Position numbers and translations under genes: made by a program
Part shown: in pieces, positions 33,393 through 44,534 of the stretch
Layout: every line of letters starts with the position of its first letter
Position numbering within the stretch: the first letter of the stretch is position 1
The notes under the pieces: model-generated
Databases searched by the model: none
What the model was told of the DNA's origin: nothing
What the model saw: the letters and a program-made list of their open reading frames with translations, nothing else
Source of the DNA: Rhodospirillales bacterium
Lineage (GTDB): Bacteria > Pseudomonadota > Alphaproteobacteria > Bin95
Assembly (NCBI GenBank): GCA_038143065.1
Contig: JAYQLI010000035.1
Location: 512,001 to 576,000 of the forward strand
Direction of reading: 5' to 3'
Length of the DNA stretch: 64,000 nucleotides

Positions 33393-34409
33393 TTACTTCG
33401 CGGCAGCCATCATTGCATCAAAGACAGCTTGTCCTGGCAGTCCCTCTTTTTCGCGAGCAGCAATCCACTCGTCCCAAACAGGCTTACCGCCTTTTGCCTT
33501 TAACTCTTCGAGGTCCGCATCGTTGAAACGAACTTCTTTCAGTTGAGGCATCTTTTCGTAGATTGGAATCCACTTTTTATCGGCATCGTCGTAAGCTTTG
33601 ATAAGCGCTTTATAAGCTAATGGACGGGCTTCCTCGTAAAGTTTTTTCCACTCATCTGGAAGCTTTGCATATGCTTTTCTGCTTACCATAGTCGGGCAGT
33701 GGTTACTGCCGAGTTTCATATTGGTGGTGTACCAGGTTGAAATCTCGTGCAGACGATAAGCACCGAAAGTGTATGAGTATGGGAATGACCATCCCCAAAC
33801 AACACCTCTTTCAAGAAGCTCATAGGCCTCTGGTGCAGGAGCTGACTTTAAGCTTGCTCCGAGCTTCTTCATGGCTTCACCAATGCCGCCGAGGCCGCGA
33901 ATAGTTTTACCCTGGAAATCAGCAACCGATTTTGGCGGCTCACCGGAACCCATAAACTCGTATTGAGGAAGCAAGTTCACAAACCAAGCTTGAGCGCCCC
34001 ACTTTTTCCATTCCTTATCGGAAGCTGGGTGTGTGCGAAGCGCCTCGTACGCAGCGGTGTGCTTGTCCCAAGTAGGGAGTGGAAGGAAGGGTAGGTCAGC
34101 TGCACCATTTAGTGGGTTCTTACCTGGATGGTAGCCCGTGCAAACTGTACCTGCGTGAATTGCGCCACGCTTGATGTTGTCAATATTCTCTTTTGGCGGG
34201 CTAACTGCTCCACCATAGTGAATCTTGAGTTCCCAAGCACCGCCAGTCTTTTCATCAAGAAACTTAGCTACTGCTTCACTTCCCTTTGTTACAGCGCGTG
34301 GGTTGCCCCACCACGAGTAATCCCAAACCAATTTATCAGCAGCTTGGGCTGAAATCGCACCAAAGCCTACGGCGGCAGCTGCGCCAGCCATGAGCATTTT
34401 TTTATACAT
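33393..34409 (-). CDS. dctP: TRAP transporter substrate-binding protein
   Basis: Signal peptide ending AQA, DLPFL, DFQGKTIRG (conserved carboxylate-binding Arg), EAYELLERG. Confidence 0.92.
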   Translation of the reverse strand: MYKKMLMAGAAAAVGFGAISAQAADKLVWDYSWWGNPRAVTKGSEAVAKFLDEKTGGAWELKIHYGGAVSPPKENIDNIKRGAIHAGTVCTGYHPGKNPLNGAADLPFLPLPTWDKHTAAYEALRTHPASDKEWKKWGAQAWFVNLLPQYEFMGSGEPPKSVADFQGKTIRGLGGIGEAMKKLGASLKSAPAPEAYELLERGVVWGWSFPYSYTFGAYRLHEISTWYTTNMKLGSNHCPTMVSRKAYAKLPDEWKKLYEEARPLAYKALIKAYDDADKKWIPIYEKMPQLKEVRFNDADLEELKAKGGKPVWDEWIAAREKEGLPGQAVFDAMMAAAK

Positions 34410-34691
34410 AAACGCCTCCCTAAAGGATCATTCAAACTCCAACAGAAACAATATCAAATCAGAGTTGCTACATTTTTCAAGTTAGCTACCCAACACTATC
34501 TATGTGCCGAGTGCAACCCTGCCATGACATTAACCGGGACCTGGGTGGCTCGGCAAGGGGCATTATTGCATTGAAAGATCTTGACACTAGAAATTTTGGT
34601 ATGTGCCTGTTAATCGTTGTTCTGTTAGCTTCTCTTTTGTTTATCTAATTTTCCAGCCTCATTGAATTCATAAAGACAAGAAAGCTTTGCC

Positions 34692-35891
34692 ATGAGCGAC
34701 AACAATTATCTCTTCACCAGCGAGTCAGTATCTGAGGGTCATCCAGATAAAATCTGCGATCGAATTTCAGACGCTATTGTAGATGCCTATTTGGAGCGTG
34801 ATGGTGGAGAAGCAGTAGCTCGTTGTGGTGTCGAGACTTTAGTGACAACTAATTATGTAACCATTGCTGGTGAAACTCGCAGCAAACGAGGCTCTGAAGT
34901 AAGTCATGAAGAAATGGAGGCTTTGGCTCGAGAAGCCATCAAAGACATCGGCTACGACCAAGATAATTTCCATTGGGAAAACGCTCAGGTAAATGTTGTG
35001 GTGCATGGGCAGTCAGCAGATATTGCCCAGGGTGTTGATTCAGATGGTAACGAAAAAGACGAAGGCGCTGGCGATCAGGGATTAATGTTCGGTTATGCAT
35101 GCCGCGAGACCGACATCGTTAGCCCTAACGTTTTGATGCCAGCACCATTGCATTTCAGTCACGAAATTCTTCGTCGAATGGCGGAGGCGCGGCACGCATC
35201 TAAAATCAACGGTTTAGGGCCAGACTCTAAAAGCCAAGTCACGCTTGAATATCGTGATGGGAAACCGGTGCGTGCGACATCAGTCGTGGTTTCTACTCAG
35301 CACTCTGAAGACCTAACTCAAGATGATGTTCGCGAAATCGTTCGGCCGTTTGTTCTTGATGTCCTTCCTGAAGGATGGATGTGCCCTGAAGAAGAATTTT
35401 ATGTGAACCCCACAGGTAAGTTCGTAATTGGCGGTCCAGATAGTGATGCGGGCTTAACTGGTCGAAAAATTATTGTTGATACATATGGTGGCGCTAGCCC
35501 CCATGGTGGTGGTGCTTTTTCTGGGAAGGACCCCAGTAAAGTGGACCGATCTGCAGCCTATGCAACCCGCTACCTTGCAAAGAATGTAGTTGCTGCAGAA
35601 CTTGCTGAAAAATGCACTATTCAGGTTGCATATGCCATTGGCATTTCAAAACCCCTTTCTGTTTATGTCGATACACATGGAACAGGCAATGTTCCTAACA
35701 GTAAAATTGCTGAAGCATTGCAAAAGTGCATGGACCTTAGTCCTCGCGGAATTCGTGAACATCTCCAACTTAATAAGCCCATTTATACACCAACAGCTGC
35801 ATATGGCCATTTTGGCCGGGCACCTACCACGGAGGGTCATTTCTCTTGGGAAAAGACGGATTTGGTGAAGGCGCTGCAAGTGGAGATCTAG
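34692..35891 (+). CDS. metK: S-adenosylmethionine synthetase
   Basis: [49 protein letters not shown]. Confidence 0.99.
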   Translation: MSDNNYLFTSESVSEGHPDKICDRISDAIVDAYLERDGGEAVARCGVETLVTTNYVTIAGETRSKRGSEVSHEEMEALAREAIKDIGYDQDNFHWENAQVNVVVHGQSADIAQGVDSDGNEKDEGAGDQGLMFGYACRETDIVSPNVLMPAPLHFSHEILRRMAEARHASKINGLGPDSKSQVTLEYRDGKPVRATSVVVSTQHSEDLTQDDVREIVRPFVLDVLPEGWMCPEEEFYVNPTGKFVIGGPDSDAGLTGRKIIVDTYGGASPHGGGAFSGKDPSKVDRSAAYATRYLAKNVVAAELAEKCTIQVAYAIGISKPLSVYVDTHGTGNVPNSKIAEALQKCMDLSPRGIREHLQLNKPIYTPTAAYGHFGRAPTTEGHFSWEKTDLVKALQVEI

Positions 35892-36574
35892 CCCAAACTC
35901 GGTTTTATGGCAGGCGTAAAGGGCGGCCGCTAAGAGTTCGCAGGCAAAAACTTATAGAAGAGCTTTTACCTACAATTGAGATACCCACCCCGATAACAGG
36001 GCCAATTGATCCTGTTAGATTATTTGGGGGTTCTGAAAGACCTATATGGGTAGAAATTGGTTTTGGCGGAGGCGAGCATCTCGCATGGCAGGCCGCAGCA
36101 AACCCAGACGTGGGTTTGATCGGAGCAGAACCATTTATTTCAGGTGTAGCAACCTGTCTGTCTCATATTGCAGACAAGAAGCTCACTAACATTCGCCTGC
36201 ACGCAGATGATGGTAGGCCATTACTCGCCGCTTTGCCGGAAGCCTCTGTTGATCGTGTTTTTGTTCTGCACCCAGACCCTTGGAGGAAACGGCGGCATTG
36301 GGAGCGGAGGTTAATTGGGCCAGAAGGTCTTAATGCTATTTCACGAGTGTTAAAAGACGGAGGAGAACTCCGTGTGGCAACAGATCATCCGGGTTACCAG
36401 GTATGGATGCTCAGAGTGCTTCAAAATGATCCACGCTTTTGGTGGACGGCAGAAAAAGCTGATGATTGGCGCATAAGACCAGCAGACTGGCCGGAAACCC
36501 GTTATGAAGCAAAAGCAATTAGAGAAGGACGATTGCCGATAAAGCTTATCTATAAGAGGTGTCCGCGGAATTGA
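35846..36574 (+). CDS. trmB: tRNA (guanine-N7)-methyltransferase
   Basis: [36 protein letters not shown]; start uncertain. Confidence 0.95.
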   Translation: MGKDGFGEGAASGDLAQTRFYGRRKGRPLRVRRQKLIEELLPTIEIPTPITGPIDPVRLFGGSERPIWVEIGFGGGEHLAWQAAANPDVGLIGAEPFISGVATCLSHIADKKLTNIRLHADDGRPLLAALPEASVDRVFVLHPDPWRKRRHWERRLIGPEGLNAISRVLKDGGELRVATDHPGYQVWMLRVLQNDPRFWWTAEKADDWRIRPADWPETRYEAKAIREGRLPIKLIYKRCPRN

Positions 36575-36744
36575 AAGTCAGAGGCGTGAGGGTGATTTGT
36601 TCAGCCTTACATGCTCCAAAAAGTTTGGAGTCTGTTCCATTAGAATGTTTTAGAGGTGACTTTTAAAAACTTTTGAGACCTTGGTTTTAGACATCATTTC
36701 CGTCATATGTTCATAAAACTAGTTTGAGTGATGAAGCGCATTTA

Positions 36745-37389
36745 ATGACAGAGCACGTGTTGGAGTTAAGCAATCTAGCCTGTAGGCGTGGTGGGCGTAT
36801 GTTATTTTCAGGCATGAATCTTTCCCTAACTGAAGGGGATGCCGCTCTTATTACTGGTCCTAACGGCTCCGGAAAATCAAGCCTTCTCCGAGTGATTGCT
36901 GGCCTAATTCAGCCCTTGCAGGGGCAAATACGCTGGGAAGGTCAGAATGCGCAAAAGTTTTCCGATAATTTCAGGTCAGCAATACGATATGTTGGACACT
37001 CAGACGGCTTGCAACCAGTCCTTTCTGTCTTGGAGAACCTAAAGTACTGGAGCCAAATATACGGATTTTCCCAAGATTTAGAAAAGCTAAACCGTGGACT
37101 TGAGTCAGTTGGCCTTTCTGACCTGTCGGTGCTACCGGCTCGTGTTTTATCTGCGGGACAAAGACGACGGCTTGCTTTGGCTAGGGCAATAGCAACCGAT
37201 GGAAGGTTATGGCTTTTGGACGAGCCAACAGTCGCCCTAGATAGGCAGTCCATTAAAAGAGTTGAAACAGCTATCAGCGAGTTTAGGGCGTCAGGTGGTA
37301 TTGTTATTGCCTCAACTAACGCACCGCTTAATTTGTCTGATTGTAAGGCCCTTAATATCTCTGACTTCCATTGGGCAGAAGAAAATTGA
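36745..37389 (+). CDS. ccmA: Heme ABC exporter ATPase CcmA
   Basis: RGGRMLF, GPNGSGKS, LSAGQRRRLALAR, LWLLDEP. Confidence 0.95.
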   Translation: MTEHVLELSNLACRRGGRMLFSGMNLSLTEGDAALITGPNGSGKSSLLRVIAGLIQPLQGQIRWEGQNAQKFSDNFRSAIRYVGHSDGLQPVLSVLENLKYWSQIYGFSQDLEKLNRGLESVGLSDLSVLPARVLSAGQRRRLALARAIATDGRLWLLDEPTVALDRQSIKRVETAISEFRASGGIVIASTNAPLNLSDCKALNISDFHWAEEN

Positions 37390-38051
37390 GTGGATTTATA
37401 GCCACTCTAAACCGTGATCTATCCATTGCGAAACGTGAGGGTGGGGAAGCGTTCTTAGCGGTATTATTTTTTGTTCTTGGTGCTCTTCTGTTCCCTCTTG
37501 GCGTAGGGCCTGAATCCCAACTCCTTGCCGCCGTATCGGCTGGATTGATTTGGGTTATGGCGCTACTTTCAACCTTGCTGGCTTTAGACCGACTATTTCA
37601 GGCTGATTGGCGTGAGGGCACGCTAGAATTATTGGTAATTTCGCCAGAACCACTTCCGTTAATCATTGCCGCTAAATGCACTGCACACTGGATAGTTACC
37701 GGCTTACCTATGGCAGTCGCTGCTCCTGTCATGGGTCTACTCTTAAATCTTCCCCCTGAGGGTTGGCTTACATTAGTCGGAGCATTGCTAATAGGTGGAC
37801 TAGCCCTAAGTTTTATAGGGTCAATTTGTGCTGCCTTATTAATTGGATCTAGAAGAGGAGGGGTGCTAATGACATTGCTAGCTCTTCCACTCTATATACC
37901 ATCCTTAATTTTTGGAGCTGGTGCTGTGCAGGCTGCAGTGGGTGGATACGACTCAACCAGTCATTTGGCGCTTATGGGGGCAATAACCCTTAGCAGCATA
38001 TCATTATGCCCTTGGGTAACTTCGGCAGCCCTAAAGCAGGCGATGGAGTAA
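37371..38051 (+). CDS. ccmB: Heme exporter permease CcmB
   Basis: LFPLGVGPE, LDRLFQADWREGTLE, AKCTAHW, LALPLYIPSLIFG. Confidence 0.95.
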   Translation: MGRRKLSGFIATLNRDLSIAKREGGEAFLAVLFFVLGALLFPLGVGPESQLLAAVSAGLIWVMALLSTLLALDRLFQADWREGTLELLVISPEPLPLIIAAKCTAHWIVTGLPMAVAAPVMGLLLNLPPEGWLTLVGALLIGGLALSFIGSICAALLIGSRRGGVLMTLLALPLYIPSLIFGAGAVQAAVGGYDSTSHLALMGAITLSSISLCPWVTSAALKQAME

Positions 38052-38054
38052 AGT

Positions 38055-38825
38055 TTGTCGGAAGTGAATATATCAGCAGCCCCAAAAGGCAACTTTTGGC
38101 ACCGACTTGCCAATCCTGCGAGATTTGAACGCTTAGCACGTTGGCTTATGCCATGGTTTTTATTGGGTTTTTTGGGTTTTGTCTCAACAGGGCTGTACTT
38201 TGGGCTTTATGCTTCGCCCATAGACTACCAGCAAAAAGATACTGTGCGGATTATGTATGTCCATGTTCCAGCCGCATGGCTCGCAATGATGACCTATTCA
38301 ACGCTTGCTATCTCTGGCTTTGTGTTTCTAGTGTGGCGTCATCCATTAGCTGAGGTTGCTGGGCTTGCTGCTGCTCCCATTGGTGCCGTCTTTACTGCTT
38401 TAGCTCTTGTGACTGGCGCCATTTGGGGACAGCCTACGTGGGGAACCTGGTGGGTTTGGGATGCACGTCTTACCTCGGTTTTAATCTTATTCTTTCTGTT
38501 TGTAGGGTATATAGCTCTTAGAAACGCCTTTGATGATCCAACCCGCGCTGCAAAATCTACGGCTATTTTAGCAATTGTCGGGGCGGTAAATCTCCCAATA
38601 ATAAAATTTTCAGTGGAATGGTGGAACACCCTGCACCAACCAGCGAGTGTTAGCCGTTTTGATGCGCCTGCGATTGATCCAGCAATGCTTCGACCACTCG
38701 TACTTATGGCGTGCGCTTATCTATGTCTCTTTTTCCTTGTCCTTATTTTCCGTATGCGGCTGGAACTGGTGCGCCGCCGAATAACAGCCCTCCAATTCGC
38801 GCGAGCTGGGGTGTCAGATATATGA
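38055..38825 (+). CDS. ccmC: Heme exporter protein CcmC
   Basis: YVHVPAAW, WGQPTWGTWWVWDARLTS, WWNTLHQ. Confidence 0.97.
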   Translation: MSEVNISAAPKGNFWHRLANPARFERLARWLMPWFLLGFLGFVSTGLYFGLYASPIDYQQKDTVRIMYVHVPAAWLAMMTYSTLAISGFVFLVWRHPLAEVAGLAAAPIGAVFTALALVTGAIWGQPTWGTWWVWDARLTSVLILFFLFVGYIALRNAFDDPTRAAKSTAILAIVGAVNLPIIKFSVEWWNTLHQPASVSRFDAPAIDPAMLRPLVLMACAYLCLFFLVLIFRMRLELVRRRITALQFARAGVSDI

Positions 38826-39025
38826 ATGAGTTCTTTAATATGGGCGGTTATGCTGTGTATGTGTGGTCTGCTTACGGCATCACAGCATTTCTATTAATGG
38901 GACTCGTTTTTTGGACTGTTCTAGTTCTAAAAAATAGTGAAAAAGAATTAAAAGCACTTGAGACATTGTCGCCCCGCCGCCGGCAACGCCACAAAAACTC
39001 TGGAGCCGAAGATGAGAAGTCGTAA
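38822..39025 (+). CDS. ccmD: Heme exporter protein CcmD
   Basis: MNEFFNMGGYAVYVWSAYG plus TM and basic tail; ATGA overlap with ccmC. Confidence 0.9.
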   Translation: MNEFFNMGGYAVYVWSAYGITAFLLMGLVFWTVLVLKNSEKELKALETLSPRRRQRHKNSGAEDEKS

Positions 39026-39484
39026 ACGACAACGCTTATGGCTTGTTTCCCTTGCAGTCATTTTACTCGGCGGAGCCGCTGCATTAGCTGTTACAGCGTT
39101 TGAGGAGAACATTGTGTTCTTTCGGAGCCCCTCCGATATTGCCGAGGGTAAAGCGGAGATTGGACGCCTCATTCGTATAGGTGGGTTAGTTGAAGAAGGC
39201 AGCGTAAAACGTACAGCTGGTTCATCTGAAATTTCTTTTAGTCTTACCGATGGCGGTGCTTCTGTTCCCGTCATTTATAATGGAATTCTCCTGACTTATT
39301 TAGAGAGGCTCAAGGGGTAGTTGCTCAAGGCCGTTTGCAAACAGATGGGCGTTTTCTTGCGGTAGAGGTACTAGCTAAGCACGATGAGTCCTATATGCCA
39401 CCAGAGGTAGCTGAAGCTTTAAAGAAATCCGGGTACTGGCAAGAAAATAATGCAGATGAGGGGATGAAGGGGCATGCAAAATGA
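39012..39484 (+). CDS. ccmE: Heme chaperone CcmE; indel near 39290
   Basis: IRIGGLV..GS; shifted frame [13 protein letters not shown]...[14 protein letters not shown]. Confidence 0.93.
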
Positions 39485-41479
39485 TAGCTGAGATTGGGCA
39501 CTTTGCTTTGATTGCAGCCTTTGTTTTGGCTGCAATTCAGATGAGCTTTCCTTTGTACGGGGCTCACAGAGGCTATATTGGTCTTATGGATTTAGCAAAA
39601 ACGACAGCTATCGCTCAATTTGCTCTCGTGCTTCTCTCCTTTGCAGCATTGGTGAATGCATTTGTTACCAGTGATTTTAGCGTACTGAATGTCATTCAGA
39701 ATTCCCATTCGGACAAACCTTTACTCTATAAAATCAGTGGGGCTTGGGGAAACCACGAGGGTTCTCTGCTTCTCTGGGTACTTATTTTGACGTTATTTGG
39801 GGCAATGGTTGCAAGTTTTGGCCGCAACTTACCTCCTCAACTTCGAGCGCGCACACTAGCCATTCAAGGAATGATTGCGTTTGGGTTTATCGCTTTCATG
39901 CTGTTTACATCAAATCCATTTGAGCGCGTGCTGGTTCCTCCAGCAAATGGGCAGGGCTTAAACCCTTTATTACAAGACCCTGGTTTAGCTTTCCATCCAC
40001 CATTTCTTTACTTTGGCTACGTAGGCCTATCCATATCGTTCTCTTTTGCTGTGGCAGCTCTGATTGAGGGTAAGGTAGATGCAGCATGGGCCAGGTGGGT
40101 TAGACCTTGGACACTTGCTGCCTGGTGCGGACTTTCCGTTGGCATTGGGTTAGGTTCTTGGTGGGCCTACTATGAGCTCGGCTGGGGTGGTTTCTGGTTT
40201 TGGGACCCAGTGGAAAATGCCAGTTTTATTCCCTGGCTTTTCGCCACGGCACTTTTGCATTCAGCCATAGTGGTCGAAAAGCGAGACGCACTAAAAAGTT
40301 GGACGATACTGCTTGCAATTCTAGCTTTCTCGATGTCGCTTCTGGGTACTTTCCTTGTGCGTTCTGGTGTTTTGACGAGTGTGCACGCTTTCGCAACAGA
40401 CCCTGAGCGTGGCGTTTTCATCCTTCTACTTCTGGTTATAGCAATCGGAGGCTCATTAACACTTTTTGCCATCCGTGCCCCAAGCCTTCAACCGGGAGGT
40501 CTTTTTCGACCCATCAGCCGTGAAGGGGGTCTTCTTTTAAATAATTTGTTCTTATCGGTAGCCGCGCTGACGGTACTTCTCGGCACTCTATACCCCTTAT
40601 TTTTAGACGTCCTTGATGCAGGAAAGGTTTCGGTTGGTCCCCCATATTTTAACGCCACCTTTGGACCATTAATGGTGCCAATATTAGCGGCAATGGTCGT
40701 CGGTCCCCTTACTTTCTTGGAAACGTGGAGACATTGTCAGTGCGTTAAGCACTCTGTGGTTTGCAGGAGTTGTTGCCTTAGCTGCTATTGGTATCACGCT
40801 CATATATTCCGGAGTCGATGGTATCTTACCTGCCGTCGGGGTCGGTGCGGCAGCTTGGATTATCATCGGTTCCTGCATGGAGTTAGCCGAGAGGGTAAGG
40901 CTTTTCCAATCACCTGCAGCAGATACATGGCGACGCCTCAGACAAACGCCGCGGTCGGTATACGGCATGACGATAGCTCACCTTGGCGTAGGAGTGCTCC
41001 TGGCTGGTGTTATCGGAACAACTGCTTTTAAGACTGAATCAGTTCAAAATATGACGATAGGTCAGTCTGTTGCTGTAAGTAATTATACCTTTACATTAGA
41101 TAACGTAGTGTCTCTACAAGGGCCAAATTACGTGGCTGAGAGAGCTGTTTTTGTCATCACCGAAGGCGACAGTGTGATTGCGTCAGTAAACGCGGAGCGT
41201 CGCCGTTATCCCGTTGAACAAGATATGACTACAGAGGCTGGGATTCATACAACTTGGCTTGCAGATCTATATGCTGTGATAGGTGAAGGGAGCCGTTCAG
41301 CCGGATGGACAACCAGACTGTATAAAAATCCATTAACACCTTGGATTTGGTTTGGAACAATTATTATGGCTATTGGAGGTTTAGTTTCTCTATCAGACCG
41401 TAGACTGCGCATTGGAGCACCATCAAATAGTCGGAAAAAAGTATTAGCATCCAAGCCAATCGCTGCAGGCGTACAATAA
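39481..41479 (+). CDS. ccmF: Heme lyase CcmF; indel near 40710
   Basis: [40 protein letters not shown]; C-part AHLG, TTEAGI, WIWFG. Confidence 0.96.
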
Positions 41480-41483
41480 TCTC

Positions 41484-42035
41484 ATGAGAAAATTATTATA
41501 CTTACTGCCTCTCTTGATTTGTCTTGGATTGGGTGTTTTTTTCTATTTAGGATTAGATGGAGATCCTCGGTCAGTCCCGTCGGCCTTTATCAATAAACCT
41601 TCTCCGGAGTTTTCACTGGCCCCATTGCCTGGTCGAGCTAACGCACCTTTTGCCAATTTTGATGTTCTAAATCGTAATGACTTAACCAGTGGAAGGCCAC
41701 TAATCCTTAACGTCTGGGCATCCTGGTGTGTACCGTGTGTTGCAGAGCATCCTTTGGTTGACCGCCTTGCAAAAGAAGAAGGTATTTTGGTGCATGGTAT
41801 TAATTATCGGGATAAGGCAGTTGCTGCATCTGGGTGGTTAAACAGATTAGGCGATCCATTCACAAAGGTTGGCTTTGATAAGGATGGTAAAGCTGGAATT
41901 GAGTGGGGTGTTTATGGTGTGCCTGAGACCTTTGTTATAGATGGCGATGGCACCGTAATATTTAAACATGCGGGTGCGTTAACCCCAGAAATTGTAGAGA
42001 AAAACATTCTACCGTTTTTTAAGGGGCTTAATTAA
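41484..42035 (+). CDS. ccmG: Thiol:disulfide oxidoreductase CcmG/DsbE
   Basis: NVWASWCVPCVAEHP, GINYRD, GVYGVPETF. Confidence 0.96.
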   Translation: MRKLLYLLPLLICLGLGVFFYLGLDGDPRSVPSAFINKPSPEFSLAPLPGRANAPFANFDVLNRNDLTSGRPLILNVWASWCVPCVAEHPLVDRLAKEEGILVHGINYRDKAVAASGWLNRLGDPFTKVGFDKDGKAGIEWGVYGVPETFVIDGDGTVIFKHAGALTPEIVEKNILPFFKGLN

Positions 42036-42505
42036 TGCGTGGTTTAGTGACAGTATTAACGCTCTCATTGTTTTTAGCCCCTAACCTGGCAAAAGCTGTT
42101 CTCCCAGATGAAATTTTAAGCGATCCTGGCTTAGAGGCCCGTGCAAGATCGCTTTCTTTAGAATTGCGCTGTTTGGTTTGCCAAAATCAGTCGATTGATG
42201 ACAGCAATGCTGAGCTCGCTCGTGATTTACGCATCTTGGTGCGCGAGAGACTGGTTGCGGGGGACACTGATGCAGAGGCGTTAGAGCATATCCGTAAGCG
42301 TTATGGAGACTTTGTTCTACTCAATCCACCAGTTCAGCAATCTACTTATATTTTATGGTATGGTCCAATCTTGATTGTTTTTGTCGGCATTGGATTAATG
42401 CTTTTGACAATTAGGCGAAAGAAAGCGGTGATTGAGAACTCACCCTTAAACGATGTAGAACGGAAAAGGTTAACGTCGGCACTTAGTAGCGTGAGTGACG
42501 AATGA
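42035..42505 (+). CDS. ccmH: Cytochrome c biogenesis protein CcmH (CycL)
   Basis: LRCLVCQNQSIDDSNA, RYGDFVL. Confidence 0.96.
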   Translation: MRGLVTVLTLSLFLAPNLAKAVLPDEILSDPGLEARARSLSLELRCLVCQNQSIDDSNAELARDLRILVRERLVAGDTDAEALEHIRKRYGDFVLLNPPVQQSTYILWYGPILIVFVGIGLMLLTIRRKKAVIENSPLNDVERKRLTSALSSVSDE

Positions 42506-43780
42506 CAGAAGCTGTATTCTATATATCGGGACTTTTTATCTCTGCAGGCATTGTTTATGCGGTGCTAACAGCCTTAATACGCTCTGACCTCTCCTCAAAA
42601 GATATAAGTTCAACCAATTTTGATTTAGCCGTTTTTCGTGATCAGCTAGATGAAATCGATCGAGACAGAGAGCTTGGCCGGTTGCCAGAAACGGAGGCGG
42701 CTGCCGCAAGGGCGGAAATAGAACGTAGAATGTTGCGAGCGGTTGATCGTTCGCCCAGTGAAGGGCACGTCGATGGTGAGGTGCCTGGAAGTATTATTTC
42801 TCGTGCTATTTTTCCTGTCTGTCTCGGATTTGTAGCGGTTTTAGCTTCGGGAGGACTATATCTTAACCTTGGAACTCTTGGACTTAAGGATGCCCCTTTA
42901 TCCAGTCGTCAAGATTCCCAGTCAGCTTCATCCGGTAGGGTATCTTCGAGTTCTGGAGGTTTAAGCGAGGGGAGGGCACTGATTGCCCGGTTAACAAAAC
43001 GCTTGCAAAACAATCCAAGTGATCTCAAAGGCTGGGTGACCTTGGGGCGGACACAGCGATCTCTTGGTGAATACAATTCAGCCGTAAAGGCTTTTGAGCG
43101 TGCACTCCAGGTCGCAGGGGAAAATAGTTCTGCAGAGCTTCTGTCAGATTATGGTGAAACATTAGTTTTTGAATCTTTTGGTACTGTTTCTCCAAGGGCG
43201 GTAGAGACATTTAGAAAGGCGCTTTCAAAGAACCCACAAGATATTAAGTCTCGATTTTATATAGCAGCCTCCAGATCCCAATTGGGGGACTATCGGGGTG
43301 CGATTGCCTTATGGCGTGGGTTAACAGCTGATGCCCCCTGATGCGCCTTGGCTTGAGTCGGTACGCGAACAGATCTCAAACGCGGCAATGAAGGGTGGGA
43401 TAATGCCAATGAGCGTCGAACCAGAAAGAGCCGTTAGTTCAACTAGTGGGCTCACGGGGGCGATTGCCGGGGATGTTCGACCTGACAAGGAAACAGTGGC
43501 TGCGGTTCAAGAAATGGCTCCCTCCGATCAACAAGCGTTCATCGGGTCTATGGTCCAACGCTTGGCTGATAGAATGGATAAAAATCCAGACGACGTAGAT
43601 GGTTGGCTTCGTCTTGGCCGTGCATACAAAGTGCTTGAAGACCCGCGAAAAGCTAACGATGCATTTAAGCGCGCGAAAATAAGTCTAGAAAAAGCTCTCA
43701 GTAAAGCGCCTGTTGGCTCTTCGACAAGGTCCAATCTTGAAAGAAAACTCCGTGATATTGAGGCTCTGATTAAAGGATGA
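42502..43780 (+). CDS. ccmI: Cytochrome c biogenesis TPR protein CcmI (CycH); indel near 43335
   Basis: VFRDQLDEIDRD, EIERRML, LYLNLG, TPRs with GW..LGR, MVQRLADR. Confidence 0.9.
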
Positions 43781-44517
43781 TTAAAAGTCAGCAATTTGAT
43801 GATGGTAGGTTTGAGATAATTCTTTCAAGGCCAGAACGCAGAAATGCTCTTGATCTTGAGGCAATGGAAGCACTTCGAGCTTGTCTTAAAGAAGCTGTTT
43901 CCATTGATGCAAAATGCCTAATTCTTAGAGGTTCAGGTGGGGTATTTTGTGCAGGACGGGACTTAAAACAGGCCGCAACTCTCACCCAAGAACAGGCCTT
44001 AAAACAGCATCAGATCTGGGGTGAGGTATTCCAGAACCTGCGAGCACTGTCATTTCCATCTGTGGCCATTGTAGAAGGTGCTGCTGTTGCGGGTGGATTT
44101 ACGCTAGCTATGGCGACTGATTTTTTAATAGCTGAAGCAACAGCTAAATTTGGTGCTTTGGAGATGGCTAATGGGTTTCCAGCAGCTATGTGCACTCCAA
44201 TACTCGCTAACAAAGTACATTCAAGAATAGGGCTTGAACTCGCACTTTTTGGAACTTTAGAAACCGCCGCAAGACTTCATGCTGCCGGACTTATTAATCG
44301 TATTGCCGTGGGAGAAGAGGCGCTGCGCGGAGAGGCAGAGAACTTTATCAATCATATCTTAACACTAGATAACACCGCTGTTCGCCAAACGGTTGCGGCA
44401 TACAGAGCTGCTGAAGCGCAACCTTATGAGCAGTCATTGACCGCTGGCATCACCCTCAACCAGCTAATAGAGGCAAGCGGAAAATTTCGACAAGGTGGAT
44501 CGAAATTCTCTAGTTAA
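43777..44517 (+). CDS. Enoyl-CoA hydratase/isomerase (crotonase) family protein
   Basis: RPERRNAL, FCAGRDL, GAAVAGG. Confidence 0.88.
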   Translation: MIKSQQFDDGRFEIILSRPERRNALDLEAMEALRACLKEAVSIDAKCLILRGSGGVFCAGRDLKQAATLTQEQALKQHQIWGEVFQNLRALSFPSVAIVEGAAVAGGFTLAMATDFLIAEATAKFGALEMANGFPAAMCTPILANKVHSRIGLELALFGTLETAARLHAAGLINRIAVGEEALRGEAENFINHILTLDNTAVRQTVAAYRAAEAQPYEQSLTAGITLNQLIEASGKFRQGGSKFSS

Positions 44518-44534
44518 AAAAGTAAAAACTATAG

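Noticed and set aside
34560-34691. SAM riboswitch upstream of metK
   Set aside because: No recognisable SAM-II, SAM-V or SAM-SAH consensus on the plus strand
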